64,000 bases of DNA from Takakia lepidozioides. Lineage: Eukaryota; Plantae; Bryophyta. This document shows, in pieces, positions 63,900 through 64,000 of this stretch. The position numbers and the translations under genes were made by a program. Numbering within the stretch: position 1 is the stretch's first letter; each line of letters starts with the position of its first letter. The stretch covers positions 34,720,001 through 34,784,000 of the forward strand of contig CM060733.1 of the NCBI GenBank assembly GCA_030704615.1. The letters are read 5' to 3'. The notes beneath the pieces were generated by a model. It saw only the letters and a list, made by a program, of their open reading frames with translations, did no database searches and was not told where the DNA came from.

Positions 63900-64000
63900 A
63901 CTACAGAGTTTCTTAAGGGGATCCAGATTTTATATTGCCCAGAGAAACAGCCAAATTCTCCTTGTGCTTTTGTGTTCTCCAGCCGAAATCTAAGACTCTG

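Larger units (their letters stand above)
52053..64000 (+). mobile_element. Ty3/Gypsy LTR retrotransposon with gag-PR-DNMT-RT-RH-INT-PHD; 3' LTR runs off the window
   Basis: Candidate 5' LTR end TGCAACA at 55288 then PBS-like GGTGCCCACCCGTG; PPT AGGGGGGCGA ~62855-62864 then TGTGGCA at 62866; Gypsy domain order. Confidence 0.85.

Overview
Repeat-rich eukaryotic nuclear DNA from a land plant; the PsaF, PsaG and transposon content looks bryophyte-grade, which is an inference. Apparently intact host genes are PsaF (minus, one intron) and a divergently oriented intronless octanoyltransferase LIP2/LipB. A malectin-like LRR receptor kinase family is present as broken, partly duplicated pieces, with CYP85-clan P450 and BAHD fragments. 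The rest is nested transposons: a CACTA end, two LINE pieces, a Copia with two LTRs, hAT MITEs, a Tat/Ogre-like Gypsy, a MULE transposase and a CACTA TnpD/TnpA pair. The standout is a Ty3/Gypsy element at ~52.0-64.0 kb. Its pol carries a DNMT3-like C5-cytosine methyltransferase between protease and RT, and a PHD finger after the integrase. Its long LTR region holds a co-oriented chain of captured host gene fragments (PsaG, RPL18a, OEP16, plus adjacent NADH-GOGAT and NAGLU). Many 1-bp frameshifts occur throughout and some may be assembly errors. All family calls are from motif recognition, not database searches.
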